Position numbers and translations under genes: made by a program
Origin: a virus
Virus record (IMG/VR): IMGVR_UViG_3300005613_000015
Location: 1 to 64,000 of that record
DNA length: 64,000 bases
Strand: one strand, 5' to 3'
Shown: positions 44,293-54,586 of the stretch, piece after piece
Position numbering within the stretch: position 1 is the first letter of the stretch
Layout of the letters: every line of letters starts with the position of its first letter
Notes under the pieces: generated by a model
Database searches by the model: none
Seen by the model: only the letters and a program-made list of their open reading frames with translations
What the model was told of the DNA's origin: nothing

Positions 44293-47200
44293 TGGTTTCC
44301 TTTAGTTCAACACTGTACGAATACTTCGACGTTACAGGAGGTGATAATAACCTCTCAGGATACGCCTTCCCAGAAGTGCATAAGCATGACGCTAGTTCAT
44401 TCTACAACTGGGAGCAGGATAACCTGCCGATACTTGACCTTGAAACGCGCTCAGATGTCCTGAAACAGCACTTGGGCTTAGACACGACCCTTACGGGGGT
44501 AACGCTTACAGTCTCAGCAGACGCGCTTAGAAGCGCCTCCAGCGTGGGGGTATACCAGACTGTTCAGGAAGCATTGGAAGTAGTTCCTCGTAGGTTGAGG
44601 TTTCCGGTACTGATTGAGATTTGTAGCTTTGGTGATTTAGGAGAGTTACATTTAAAAGATATTCAGTGTGAGGGTGACGGGGCTTTACAAATTAGTTGTC
44701 GTCAGTATGCAAACTCCTTTTTAATGAAGGCAGCATCGGTTAGTGCCACTCCTAAATATGGACCTTCAGCCACGCAAACTGTTGCCTTGGAGATGTCTGG
44801 CCCGTCGAACCAAATTACGACAGCCATTGGGAATGCCTCTTCTACAAAGCTAGGCATAACCTGCTCATCTGTTGATAAATGGGATAGACACGCAAGGGCC
44901 TTTTTTTCTAAGTGGCCAAATTCTCAGGATGAAGCACAGAACATAGCATTTTCTGTATTCCCTTCCCCCGATAATGGAAGTTTTAGTTCGACAACTGCGA
45001 ACTTTTTCAATCTTCCTGCGTACGATACTCGTTATGATAGTACGGTTTTACAAGACGTAAATCCAAGAGAGGCAAACGGCTCAGGCGCTTCACTTATTTC
45101 GAGTCGAGAAGCCTTAGAAGTAGGTGACTATGGTACTGTTACTCTATATGGTTCTTATTTTAGTAAGGTTACTATCCATAACTGTTCTAAAATTAAATTA
45201 CAAGGGGTATGTATAGATTCTGGTCGTGGTGCGGATTTCTCTTTCCCTAATAACCTTGTTCATTACTGCGATACAGGACTTGAGGTAGTTAATTCAAATA
45301 TTCTGCTCGAAGATGTCGCAGTCTGTCGCATGAAAAAGACAGGAATTTCAGCGCAAAACTCTGTTATTAGCGCAAGCAAGGGCTTGGTTGTTTATCGTAT
45401 TTATGATAGAACTGCTACACAAGCTCGCTCTTCAAACGGTACAGGAATTTTGCTTGTTGATTCCACTCTTGCATACAGTACAAGTTCCGTAAACGGAGAT
45501 GGGCTCGAATTAAGAAATATTTCAAAATGTAAAACAGGTCTTCACGCAATAAACTCTACCGTTGAGGGTGGTTTTAATAACCAGACTAGTAATAATTTCG
45601 TTACAAAACTTGTGTTTCATGGTAACGAAATTGGTATTAAGTTAGAGCATTCTAAATACACGCCAAATGCTAGAACAGAAGTATTCTGTAATCTTGAAGG
45701 TATTCAAGCAGAGCAATCTATTATTGAGGCTGACACATTCTCAATTGATTCTAATCAAGGCGTAGGGATTTATCTTGATAAATCTACGTATACATATGGA
45801 AAACTGATAGGAACTTACTACACTGACGCTTCGAATTTTTCGGGAGGACCTGCCGCAGCTTCACCAAAACCCGCTTATACATGTGACTACAACGGTGTTA
45901 ATTTATTCGTAAATAACGGTTCAACGGTTAAATATGCTGATGGTTGTACGACCGTAAGCAGTTTAGGTTTGTGGGGAGGTTCTGTACTTGAGCAGGGAGC
46001 AACTAACGAGCGTCCAATGTCTAATCACGGACAGGTGAATGGAAAAGCCCAACCTTGCATTATCGTATCCAAGAATTCAAGTGCTGAGTTTGCGCATTTA
46101 TCCGTAGGTGCTTCTCAAACTAGACAAGGTGTAGCTGGCGCGTGCGTACTGGCCGAAAAAGATTCTACAGTAATCTTCCGAGGAAGTGGACAATCAAACA
46201 CATGTCTTGGAGGTACTGGAGGTGTTACAACAACAACTTTAAAAAGTCTTTGGACTAATGCGGGCGTCGCAGCGGTTGATAATTCAAAAGTTATTTTCAC
46301 TGGACCCACTAAAATCGCTGGGTTTGGGGTAGGCGTTCTTGCTCAAGGACGTTCAAAAATGTCTTTCGGTCCTCCTACGACTGACTACACAACATGGCTT
46401 CCTGATTCAACGAAGTTCTCTTTAGACGCATCCTCTAACCACTCTTTCTTAGATATTCATTCTGCGAGAGCTTGTTTGGTTGCAACCGATAAATCAACAA
46501 TTGAATTAATGGCACTCGGAGGGTCTGCCCTAGACGCCGATAATTCAGTTGATATGAATCAGAATTATAATTCCTCCGCAATATTCGCCAGCGCTACGTC
46601 TGGAAGTTATGTAAGATTTTCTCCTAATGGTTTTACGGAGCGAGTTAATACTACCAAAGCCGCTGGAGGAGCGTTCGATGTTTTTTCACGAACTGCGGCG
46701 GCCTTTGCGGATGATGCTCAATCAGATGTAACTACAGGAGGGATGTGCGTAAGGGCAATTGGCTCTAGCCAAGTAAATGCAAATCTCGTAAATTTTAAAA
46801 TAGATAACGCTCTTTCAAATTCATTATCAGGCGTTTGTTATAATTATGACGGAAATGGTTGTGAGTTTGATGATACGATAACATCTGGAATTGTTACCTC
46901 TCTAACCTCTAATGTTTGTGATTTAGTTTCTAGTTGCTGTACTGTTGTAACTACTATTGCTAGTACAACTACAACCACAACTACAACCACAACTACAACC
47001 ACAACTACAACCGGCATTACAACCATAACACTTCCAAGCACCATAACATTTCCACCCCCTCCAACTGAATACAATATAAACGCAGCTATTACTTATAATG
47101 TGGACGGCGCGAGCGGCGGCGTAGATGATTTTTATACAACGCAGGGGGGTATCGAGTTCTCTTGTGTTGGTACGCAGATTCATCTATGGAATATTGCTGA

Positions 47201-48011
47201 CACTTCCCGTCTACATGCAGCTAACTTGCTTATAAACGGTACGAATCCGAAGACTGAGTGTGTAAATAATAACCTTCATGGACCTACTGGTCGTTGGTAC
47301 AATGGTGCTGCATGTGATTATTATGGGAAGTATGGATATGCTGCGTCTGCATTAAGTGCGGCAGGAATCGACACTGGTGGAGAGACTGGTGATGGTTTTA
47401 GAAACTTAGGGATTTTCCGACTAGTTGGCTCTCACCGTGGTTTCCTTAAAACTTACTCCGAAGTTGACTATGGCGGGATAGGCATTTTCTCTCAAACATT
47501 TGGAGGAGGCTCTCCTTTAGACCAGATTAACTGCCAAGGATATCAAACTATGTTTGATGCTGCGATTTACACATTTGGAGCAGAAGATGAAGTTTCTTAT
47601 CACTTAGGTCTTGAGCCTGGACTTACGCCAGGAACCGAGCCTGTATTTGGTCGTGGACTAGCAGGGTCTCCTAACATGCCAGGAAAAATGAATGGAGTGG
47701 TTACTCACGCTATGATGACAGAAGGTATTGGAATGCTTTGGGATGCAGGACAACTACACCCCTCATTCCCAGTCCCTCCATTACACTTGGATTGGCAGGG
47801 TTATATAAGAAATTGGGTTGATGAATCTGCGGCTAGTGTATTTGCAAATGCGCGTCATGGGGCAAATAAAAAAGTTAACTTACTTTCGATTTACCGCGCA
47901 ACTACAGACGCCTCTCAAGGTGGCGAAGGCAGAGATATGACCACAGGCTCGCCTACCTTTGGCGTTGGAGTTCGCTCATTAAATATGTTTGATTTAGATA
48001 GGCTTTTATAA
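44292..48011 (+). CDS. Beta-helix-like tail fibre/spike protein 1 with poly-Thr insert
   Basis: Repeating GI....S.. rungs; paralogous to the next gene along its length. Confidence 0.7.
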   Translation: MVSFSSTLYEYFDVTGGDNNLSGYAFPEVHKHDASSFYNWEQDNLPILDLETRSDVLKQHLGLDTTLTGVTLTVSADALRSASSVGVYQTVQEALEVVPRRLRFPVLIEICSFGDLGELHLKDIQCEGDGALQISCRQYANSFLMKAASVSATPKYGPSATQTVALEMSGPSNQITTAIGNASSTKLGITCSSVDKWDRHARAFFSKWPNSQDEAQNIAFSVFPSPDNGSFSSTTANFFNLPAYDTRYDSTVLQDVNPREANGSGASLISSREALEVGDYGTVTLYGSYFSKVTIHNCSKIKLQGVCIDSGRGADFSFPNNLVHYCDTGLEVVNSNILLEDVAVCRMKKTGISAQNSVISASKGLVVYRIYDRTATQARSSNGTGILLVDSTLAYSTSSVNGDGLELRNISKCKTGLHAINSTVEGGFNNQTSNNFVTKLVFHGNEIGIKLEHSKYTPNARTEVFCNLEGIQAEQSIIEADTFSIDSNQGVGIYLDKSTYTYGKLIGTYYTDASNFSGGPAAASPKPAYTCDYNGVNLFVNNGSTVKYADGCTTVSSLGLWGGSVLEQGATNERPMSNHGQVNGKAQPCIIVSKNSSAEFAHLSVGASQTRQGVAGACVLAEKDSTVIFRGSGQSNTCLGGTGGVTTTTLKSLWTNAGVAAVDNSKVIFTGPTKIAGFGVGVLAQGRSKMSFGPPTTDYTTWLPDSTKFSLDASSNHSFLDIHSARACLVATDKSTIELMALGGSALDADNSVDMNQNYNSSAIFASATSGSYVRFSPNGFTERVNTTKAAGGAFDVFSRTAAAFADDAQSDVTTGGMCVRAIGSSQVNANLVNFKIDNALSNSLSGVCYNYDGNGCEFDDTITSGIVTSLTSNVCDLVSSCCTVVTTIASTTTTTTTTTTTTTTTTGITTITLPSTITFPPPPTEYNINAAITYNVDGASGGVDDFYTTQGGIEFSCVGTQIHLWNIADTSRLHAANLLINGTNPKTECVNNNLHGPTGRWYNGAACDYYGKYGYAASALSAAGIDTGGETGDGFRNLGIFRLVGSHRGFLKTYSEVDYGGIGIFSQTFGGGSPLDQINCQGYQTMFDAAIYTFGAEDEVSYHLGLEPGLTPGTEPVFGRGLAGSPNMPGKMNGVVTHAMMTEGIGMLWDAGQLHPSFPVPPLHLDWQGYIRNWVDESAASVFANARHGANKKVNLLSIYRATTDASQGGEGRDMTTGSPTFGVGVRSLNMFDLDRLL
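46965..47012 (+). repeat. Tandem repeat (ACAACTACAACC) x4 encoding 16 Thr
   Basis: Four exact 12-nt units. Confidence 0.95.
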
Positions 48012-51000
48012 TGAACCGTCTGTTTGAGTATTATGAGGTTTCTGGAGGGTCAGATGTTATTACTTCTGGCTATCCTGACGTATTTCATTTTGACCCAAGT
48101 ACCTATTACAATTATACTACAGATAATTACTCTACAACAAGCCTTGAAGAGCGCTTTGATTATTTAGCGCAAGGGTTAGGGTTTCCCGGTACTTCTACAT
48201 ATTCAGGCATTACATACCTTATATCCTCGACAGCCACTCCCGATTCTGATTCTGGTATCTTTTCTAGCGTTCAAGATGCCGTCGATTTTCTACCTAGAAT
48301 ATTAGACTATCCTGTCAATATTGAAATTGCAGATTACGGTGCGTTAGGAGCGTTAAACCTTCAAGGGCTTCGCTGTGAAGGAGACGGTGCTATTCAAATT
48401 CATTGTCTTAACTATGCCTCCGATAACCAAGCAGTCGTCAGCGGTATCAGCGTGTATGGCGATATTAGCGCAGTAAGCTCCGTTAAATCTGATGTTATTC
48501 TTGATTCCCTTACAGGGATTACCGACTTCCGAACATCCACTTCGCTTTTTGATGCTACAAGCTGGAAGGATAATGGCAGGGCATTTGGGCAAGTAAGTCC
48601 CGATTCGCAGCACGAAACGCAGGTATTATCATTTGCTTCACAAGCGTCAGCCACTCAGTACGCATTTAGTTCCGCCTCTAACGTGTTTATTGTTGAGCAA
48701 TATACTCAATACTCGGCAACCTATGATAAGAGTCTGTCAATCGACGTAGACCCAGAGAATACTTCAGATAGTACAAAACTTCTTACAAACAGACGGGCTC
48801 CCGAAACTAGCGGTATTGCAACTGCTGTACTTTATGGCGCTTATTTCTCTTCAATTAATATTCAGGACTGTAACAAAGTTAAGTTAAAAGGGGTTTTAAT
48901 TGATGGGGTTGGAACAGATACGTTTGCAACATACGACGCTTCTGTTGGGCTGTTATTACGTAATTCAAATGTACTATTAGAAGATGTTGCCATAACACGA
49001 TGCAGCGATTACGGTCTTAAATCTCTCAACAGTAAAATTAGCGTTACGAAATCATTTATCGTTAATCGTGTTTTTGAGAAATCTTCCGATACCGTTACAG
49101 AGGTATATGGAACAAGGGGATACGGCGTTTATCTTAAAAACTCAAATTTAATTTTCGATACGAGTTCAATAGATTACTCAGGCCGTTATATCCGTATAAT
49201 TACCGGAGGGTGTAGGTACGGTATTTATGCGGATAATTCCTACATTTTAGGAGGGTCACGTTCTACACAGACTGGACTCACTATTATTAAGAATGCAGGA
49301 GGCTCTGACACAAGAACTACCCACTTGCAGTCTAGCCGTAATTTGGTAGGATTTGAGCTTATTAATAGCTTCTTTGATTTCGAAGGTCGGCTTGATTCCT
49401 TTCTGAATATTCAAGGGTTTAATGCAGCAAACTCTCATATTTCTATTCCACAGTTTAGTATAGATGATAATGAAGAACATGGAATTAATTTAGACCATTC
49501 AGTTTTATACTACGGAAAGTATTCTGATTTCGTCTACGACAACGGGGGTGTGAGCAGTAATACATATGGAATCCCTTTCTTTCATAACGATTTTAATGGG
49601 ATAAACCTCATCGCCCGAAATAATTCTGTTGTCGATGTTCACCCATCTGTTAAATCATATCCTAAAGTAGGTGCTTGGGGAGGCAATACCGCTCTAAGCG
49701 CTGGAGAGACCGAGGTATCTGCAAATAGTATAGGTAGAAACTTTGGTGTTCGCGTTGGGGGTGTAATGGAGCCTTCTATAATTATTGATAATAACTCTTC
49801 TGCAAAACTCACTAGATTAGGGTATACCGGAGATGTTGGCGATTATGTTCGCCGTGGCGCGTGTGCTTTGGTAACAAAAAACTCTTCTTTACAGTTGTAC
49901 GGGTTTGGAGAGCAAAGAACTGTCATAACCTCCAACGGTAGTTTTGCATCTGATGACGCAAAACGTAAGAAAGCTTGGTCCTCGACGGCATTTTTAGTTT
50001 CTGATAATTCTCGCCTTTCTTTTCACGGTCCTGTGAAAATTTCTAGGTATGGAGTGAACGCAGTATGTGATAACGGCTCCGAAGTATATTTTGGTATTCC
50101 AGAAGACGAAGGGCGGGCTTCTATTGCAACCATAAAATATGGTTTAGAAACAAGTTCAAACCATACTCAAGCAGACCTACATTCAGTTCGAGCATGTCTT
50201 GTTGCAAACGATAGCTCAAGAATTAGATTCTATGGAATGGGTGCATCAAGCCTAGATGACACTTCTATCCACACTGAGGGAGATGTTCTCGATAAATATT
50301 CAAAAGGCGGGTATCTACAGTTCTACCCAAATGGATTTACTAGTGAACTTTCAACGGTTGTCGCGATTGCTCAAGGTACTGATATTGATAGATGGACGCG
50401 CACGACGAGTTTGGATGGAGGTAATTTAGAGCTGCACCCTTCTGGAAGTACGGGAGGTATGTGTGTTCGGGCGGCAAACAACAGTGATGTTATCGTAGAT
50501 TCTGTCAACTTTAGATTCGGGATGGATGCTTCCAGCGTATCCGGAACTTTCTACAACTGGCACGGTACTGGCTCAGAGTTTATTGATAGTTTAGATTATT
50601 ATTCTGAGCTATCGCAAACGACAGAAACTTGTTGGATTGCGAAGCTTTGTTGTGAGTGCGCCGCGCCCACTACTTCAACCACAACTACAACCACAACTAC
50701 AACCACAACTACAACCACAACTACAACCACTACTTCAACCACTACTTCAACCACAACTACAACCACTACTTCAACCACAACTACAACCACTACTTCAACC
50801 ACTACTTCAACCACAACTACAACCACTACTTCAACCACTACTTCAACCACAACTACAACCACTACTTCAACCACAACTACAACCACTACTTCAACCACTA
50901 CTCCAAGCACCATCAGTACAGCCCCGCCGCCTAGCACTATTACTATTAACCCTCCTTTCGACCCTTGGGAAGACCAACGTGCGGCTATTCCTGGAAATGC

Positions 51001-51922
51001 TTTTGATGGCGGTGGAGAGGCAATAGTCTTGAATGATGAGTTCACTTTTAGTTCTTTTGGAACAAAAATTCATATATGGAATATTTGTGATACCTCTCGG
51101 ATACGAGTTAGTAATGTACTATTAAACTCACAAGACCCTTTTAGAAACTCGGTAAATAACGACTATCACGGCCCGACAGGTCGATGGTATAATGGCGCAG
51201 CCTGTGATTATTACGGAAAATACGGATATGCCGCGCATAATAAGTATGAAGTACCTGGATTTCAAAACCAGGGTGTTTTCCGATTAATTGTTGGGGGTGA
51301 CGGACATCTAAAAACTTTAGAGGAGGCTGAGTATATTGATTTTGATACGTACGGCACTTCTGTTAGTTCAGTTGCACAGCTTACTGCTGGGTATGGCTCT
51401 CCTTATGACCAAGTAAATGGTCAAGGATATCAAATGCCTTCTGATATTGCTTATACAGTAAGTGACCTTACCTATGAAGCCTCTATCGGTGAAAATGATA
51501 TTGTAGACACTACAGGGGGTCCTCAATGGGCAAACCAAGCTGTTACAGGCGTTGTCCACGCATACGGACGAGGACTTGCAGGGTACTATACGCTTCCAGG
51601 GCAAAATAATGGAATGTGGACTGGGGCTATTATGTCCGAAGGAAATCTTCTTAGATTTCAACACGGACAACTCCACCCTTCGTTTACACCGCCCCCACTG
51701 CGAATGAAGTGGTTTGGATTTTTGGATAATCACTTTGATGAATCCGCTGCATCACTATTTGCAAACGCACGACACGCAGCAAATAAAAAGGTTAACTTAG
51801 TTTCAATTTATAAACCAGTAACATCTGTTGGGGGTGCTGGTCGAGATGTAAATATTGCTGGCGCGTCTTTCGGAGTAGGCGTTAGGTCCCTAGATATATT
51901 TGAACTTACTCAGTTAGTATAA
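48011..51922 (+). CDS. Beta-helix-like tail fibre/spike protein 2 with 76-aa Thr/Ser insert
   Basis: Shares HGPTGRWYNGAACDYYGKYGYAA, GQLHPSF..PPL, FANARH.ANKKVNL.SIY, FGVGVRSL with protein 1. Confidence 0.7.
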   Translation: MNRLFEYYEVSGGSDVITSGYPDVFHFDPSTYYNYTTDNYSTTSLEERFDYLAQGLGFPGTSTYSGITYLISSTATPDSDSGIFSSVQDAVDFLPRILDYPVNIEIADYGALGALNLQGLRCEGDGAIQIHCLNYASDNQAVVSGISVYGDISAVSSVKSDVILDSLTGITDFRTSTSLFDATSWKDNGRAFGQVSPDSQHETQVLSFASQASATQYAFSSASNVFIVEQYTQYSATYDKSLSIDVDPENTSDSTKLLTNRRAPETSGIATAVLYGAYFSSINIQDCNKVKLKGVLIDGVGTDTFATYDASVGLLLRNSNVLLEDVAITRCSDYGLKSLNSKISVTKSFIVNRVFEKSSDTVTEVYGTRGYGVYLKNSNLIFDTSSIDYSGRYIRIITGGCRYGIYADNSYILGGSRSTQTGLTIIKNAGGSDTRTTHLQSSRNLVGFELINSFFDFEGRLDSFLNIQGFNAANSHISIPQFSIDDNEEHGINLDHSVLYYGKYSDFVYDNGGVSSNTYGIPFFHNDFNGINLIARNNSVVDVHPSVKSYPKVGAWGGNTALSAGETEVSANSIGRNFGVRVGGVMEPSIIIDNNSSAKLTRLGYTGDVGDYVRRGACALVTKNSSLQLYGFGEQRTVITSNGSFASDDAKRKKAWSSTAFLVSDNSRLSFHGPVKISRYGVNAVCDNGSEVYFGIPEDEGRASIATIKYGLETSSNHTQADLHSVRACLVANDSSRIRFYGMGASSLDDTSIHTEGDVLDKYSKGGYLQFYPNGFTSELSTVVAIAQGTDIDRWTRTTSLDGGNLELHPSGSTGGMCVRAANNSDVIVDSVNFRFGMDASSVSGTFYNWHGTGSEFIDSLDYYSELSQTTETCWIAKLCCECAAPTTSTTTTTTTTTTTTTTTTTTTSTTTSTTTTTTTSTTTTTTTSTTTSTTTTTTTSTTTSTTTTTTTSTTTTTTTSTTTPSTISTAPPPSTITINPPFDPWEDQRAAIPGNAFDGGGEAIVLNDEFTFSSFGTKIHIWNICDTSRIRVSNVLLNSQDPFRNSVNNDYHGPTGRWYNGAACDYYGKYGYAAHNKYEVPGFQNQGVFRLIVGGDGHLKTLEEAEYIDFDTYGTSVSSVAQLTAGYGSPYDQVNGQGYQMPSDIAYTVSDLTYEASIGENDIVDTTGGPQWANQAVTGVVHAYGRGLAGYYTLPGQNNGMWTGAIMSEGNLLRFQHGQLHPSFTPPPLRMKWFGFLDNHFDESAASLFANARHAANKKVNLVSIYKPVTSVGGAGRDVNIAGASFGVGVRSLDIFELTQLV
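50669..50896 (+). repeat. Tandem array of 19 x 12-nt units of two types (ACAACTACAACC, ACTACTTCAACC)
   Basis: Order B-AAAA-BB-A-B-A-BB-A-BB-A-B-A-B. Confidence 0.95.
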
Positions 51923-53610
51923 TGACGAACATTAATAAGAACATACGGTTTTATCAACCAAACGACCCTTACTATTATCAGGTCGATAATTTACCGTTGG
52001 TAGACTTACTCAATAACGATATCACACTAGAAAATAGGCTTTCAGAACTTGAGCAGTCTGTTAATGCGGTTATTACTGGAGGGACTCAAGGAACAATTAC
52101 TTTAGGTTCTATAAGCGATTTAAAAGCTTATGTGGAGCCTTTGGATGGAGACATTGATAACTTTGGACGTATTTACGTTCGGCCAGGTAAGTTTAATTGT
52201 CGTATGCAGTTACCCGCAACCAGAGAAAGCGGTTGGCGAATGATGCGTGATGACGATAACTTTTTTAATAACACAAACTTCAACGGTACTGGAGGTTTGA
52301 TTTCTACTAACACCGAAGCGGATTTTGTTAGAGAAACGAAAGGTTTAGCACGTACAGCAATTGTTGAGTTCTACCAAACATCTACAGGAACCGACAAATT
52401 TATTGAAGTTCCTAGTTTTGATGCTTCCGAATTTAATAGTGCATCACCTCCCGCAGAGCGCTTAGACCTTATTTATATTAAGGGTTCTAAATCCCTAGAC
52501 ACTCGGTATGAATCCACAAATATCCCAGAGGCTTCTCTCGGTATTATTAGAGGCGCTTATTTCAGAACCGATGCTGCTGCGGGCTTGAAAGGTAACGGTC
52601 CTAGATTCGATAACCCTGTAGCTCGTCTATCGGGAAAAGTGACAGGAATGTCGAATGCTCAAATCCCAGCGGGAACTAACCTGCCTAACTTTGGCTCGGT
52701 GCCGTTGCCTGACGACTTAGTAAATTTTGCCTGGCACAAAACTACGCTAGACACGCTTGATAGTACGTTGATGAATCAGCAGGTAGAAACACAAGCTGCT
52801 TTCTGTCTGCCTGTAGCCTATGTTCGTGTACCCGCAGGGTATACCCAAGGACAGTCTATTGACCCTTCCAATGTAGTTGATATCCGTCCTTTCTTTCGTA
52901 CAGCGGAGCTTACATATAATGAACGGGCTGCTATTGCGAGCGCGGTTAGGCCAAACGGTAGTAATCCGTTTGTTACTCGAACTGCTCTCGATGCTGAGTT
53001 AGCTGCCTTAACAAACGGCTCAAGCGAGAATTCAAACCGAATTGAAATTTTAACAGGACAAGTGGAAGTTGTTCAGGTAGAGGTTAATGATATTAAAAAC
53101 GACCTTTATGGGACTGGAACTTTAGAAACCCCCACTAGCAAAAATTTTGAAGGTCGGATTATAAACCTTGAGGCGGGGTCTACAGGCGGCGGAGGTTCGG
53201 GGGCAGGGCATAAAGTTCACATGTTTTCATTTCCTGTTGCGATTGCAGGAGGTTCAACAGCTATTTTCGGAACAAATTTTCCGGCTTATCATAGTATTGG
53301 GCCACTAGTTTTACCCTCTCACCAAAATAAAGTAGTTGCTGGATTATTTACAGTAAGGTCGGAGCCTTTAGCTGGTTTAGCACAATCTCTTGCGTTACGT
53401 ATTGGAGCAACCTCTACAGATTTTCTAATATCCGAAGCTATAGCTATCCCAAACATGTCTTTCCAACCAAAACACTACCACTCCTTTCAGTGTGCGGTGG
53501 ATGAAGGTGGTTCAGGCTCTTCTTATTATGCTGTTTTCCGCACAACAACGGCAGGCGTAGACGGGCATGTGTTTACATTGTGGTGTACTGGGTATATTTA
53601 TGAAGGCTAA
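51922..53610 (+). CDS. Tail-associated protein (562 aa)
   Basis: YYYQVDNLPLVDL resembles FYNWEQDNLPILDL of the 44292 protein; R.DLIYI and LPVAYVRVP motifs; coiled coil. Confidence 0.65.
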   Translation: MTNINKNIRFYQPNDPYYYQVDNLPLVDLLNNDITLENRLSELEQSVNAVITGGTQGTITLGSISDLKAYVEPLDGDIDNFGRIYVRPGKFNCRMQLPATRESGWRMMRDDDNFFNNTNFNGTGGLISTNTEADFVRETKGLARTAIVEFYQTSTGTDKFIEVPSFDASEFNSASPPAERLDLIYIKGSKSLDTRYESTNIPEASLGIIRGAYFRTDAAAGLKGNGPRFDNPVARLSGKVTGMSNAQIPAGTNLPNFGSVPLPDDLVNFAWHKTTLDTLDSTLMNQQVETQAAFCLPVAYVRVPAGYTQGQSIDPSNVVDIRPFFRTAELTYNERAAIASAVRPNGSNPFVTRTALDAELAALTNGSSENSNRIEILTGQVEVVQVEVNDIKNDLYGTGTLETPTSKNFEGRIINLEAGSTGGGGSGAGHKVHMFSFPVAIAGGSTAIFGTNFPAYHSIGPLVLPSHQNKVVAGLFTVRSEPLAGLAQSLALRIGATSTDFLISEAIAIPNMSFQPKHYHSFQCAVDEGGSGSSYYAVFRTTTAGVDGHVFTLWCTGYIYEG

Positions 53611-54046
53611 GTTTCTGCTACTTTCTTTTCTGCTTTTATCAAGCTGTTCATCTCTTAGAACTATAGGGTTCGCAGCGGGAGGCGCGGCTGGAGGAGCATT
53701 ACTTGGTCCTGGGGGTGCTGCTGCTGGTGCTGCTGTTGGCGTGGCGGGGTCTGAACTTCTTGAAAAGGATAGCGTAGAAAAGGAACTTCAAGAAGCTAGA
53801 GCCACTGTTCCTAAATCAACAGGCGAATCTTTTATTGATAGCACTACTGATTTATTACATACCGTGGGTTGGTGGTATTTGATTATCTTTATCCTCATAC
53901 CTCTACTTACAAAGAAAGGTAGGAGTTGGATTGCTAATTTAGCTACTCTTCATAATACAGCAACTAAAAAAGACGTTGATGAATATTCTTCACGACTAAA
54001 TAAACTAGAGGGAATGATTTCCTCGTTACAGGATATAAAAAAATGA
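53600..54046 (+). CDS. Lipoprotein with Gly-zipper and internal TM helix (148 aa)
   Basis: MKAKFLLLSFLLLSSC lipobox; WWYLIIFILIPLL; C-terminal coiled coil. Confidence 0.75.
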   Translation: MKAKFLLLSFLLLSSCSSLRTIGFAAGGAAGGALLGPGGAAAGAAVGVAGSELLEKDSVEKELQEARATVPKSTGESFIDSTTDLLHTVGWWYLIIFILIPLLTKKGRSWIANLATLHNTATKKDVDEYSSRLNKLEGMISSLQDIKK

Positions 54047-54582
54047 AGTACTTAAACAATGAGTCGCAGTTCACTCGTATTTCTGATGACCATGCTCGCG
54101 CTATGATGGAGAGCCTTGGTTACACCATTCCCTCGCAAGAAGAACAAAAGCCTGAGCAGGTTCACGTTGATGTTTATGCTTTCGGGGACCACCGCTTTGC
54201 TCTTAGCGAAGAAGTTGTCGAAGCTACGGATGGGCACTACATTCGTCTTGATGAACTTGATGAGAACTTTACTGTTCAGCTTGACGAGAGCGGTGAAGAA
54301 ATTCTTATCGAAGCTGTCATGTTCGATGACGGTGATTACATTCTAGAAGGCGTTTATGAGGACGAAGAAGGTAATCTCTTTGCTCGAATGATTTCTGAGG
54401 CTGACCTTGTTGACGAAGACGAAGACGATACTGACGACGAAGAAGTTGACGAGGCGATGGATAAAGAAGAGATGATGGCTAAGATGAAAGACAAGGCCAA
54501 AAAAACTAAGAAGAAAAAGTCTGCCGCTAAAAAGTCCGATATGGAAGACGAGTCCTGCGAGGACGAAGAAGAAATGGAGTGA
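54043..54582 (+). CDS. Acidic head-region protein (179 aa)
   Basis: ATGA overlap; CTAAATA at 53996-54002. Confidence 0.75.
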   Translation: MKYLNNESQFTRISDDHARAMMESLGYTIPSQEEQKPEQVHVDVYAFGDHRFALSEEVVEATDGHYIRLDELDENFTVQLDESGEEILIEAVMFDDGDYILEGVYEDEEGNLFARMISEADLVDEDEDDTDDEEVDEAMDKEEMMAKMKDKAKKTKKKKSAAKKSDMEDESCEDEEEME

Positions 54583-54586
54583 AGTG

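Noticed and set aside
50599-51045. Alternative-frame repeat proteins (poly-Val, LQPQ, NHNY repeats)
   Set aside because: By-products of a stop-free 12-nt tandem repeat within the tail gene
44292-53610. Diversity-generating retroelement or invertible tail-fibre switch
   Set aside because: No reverse transcriptase, invertase, adenine-variable repeat pair or inverted cassettes seen in this window
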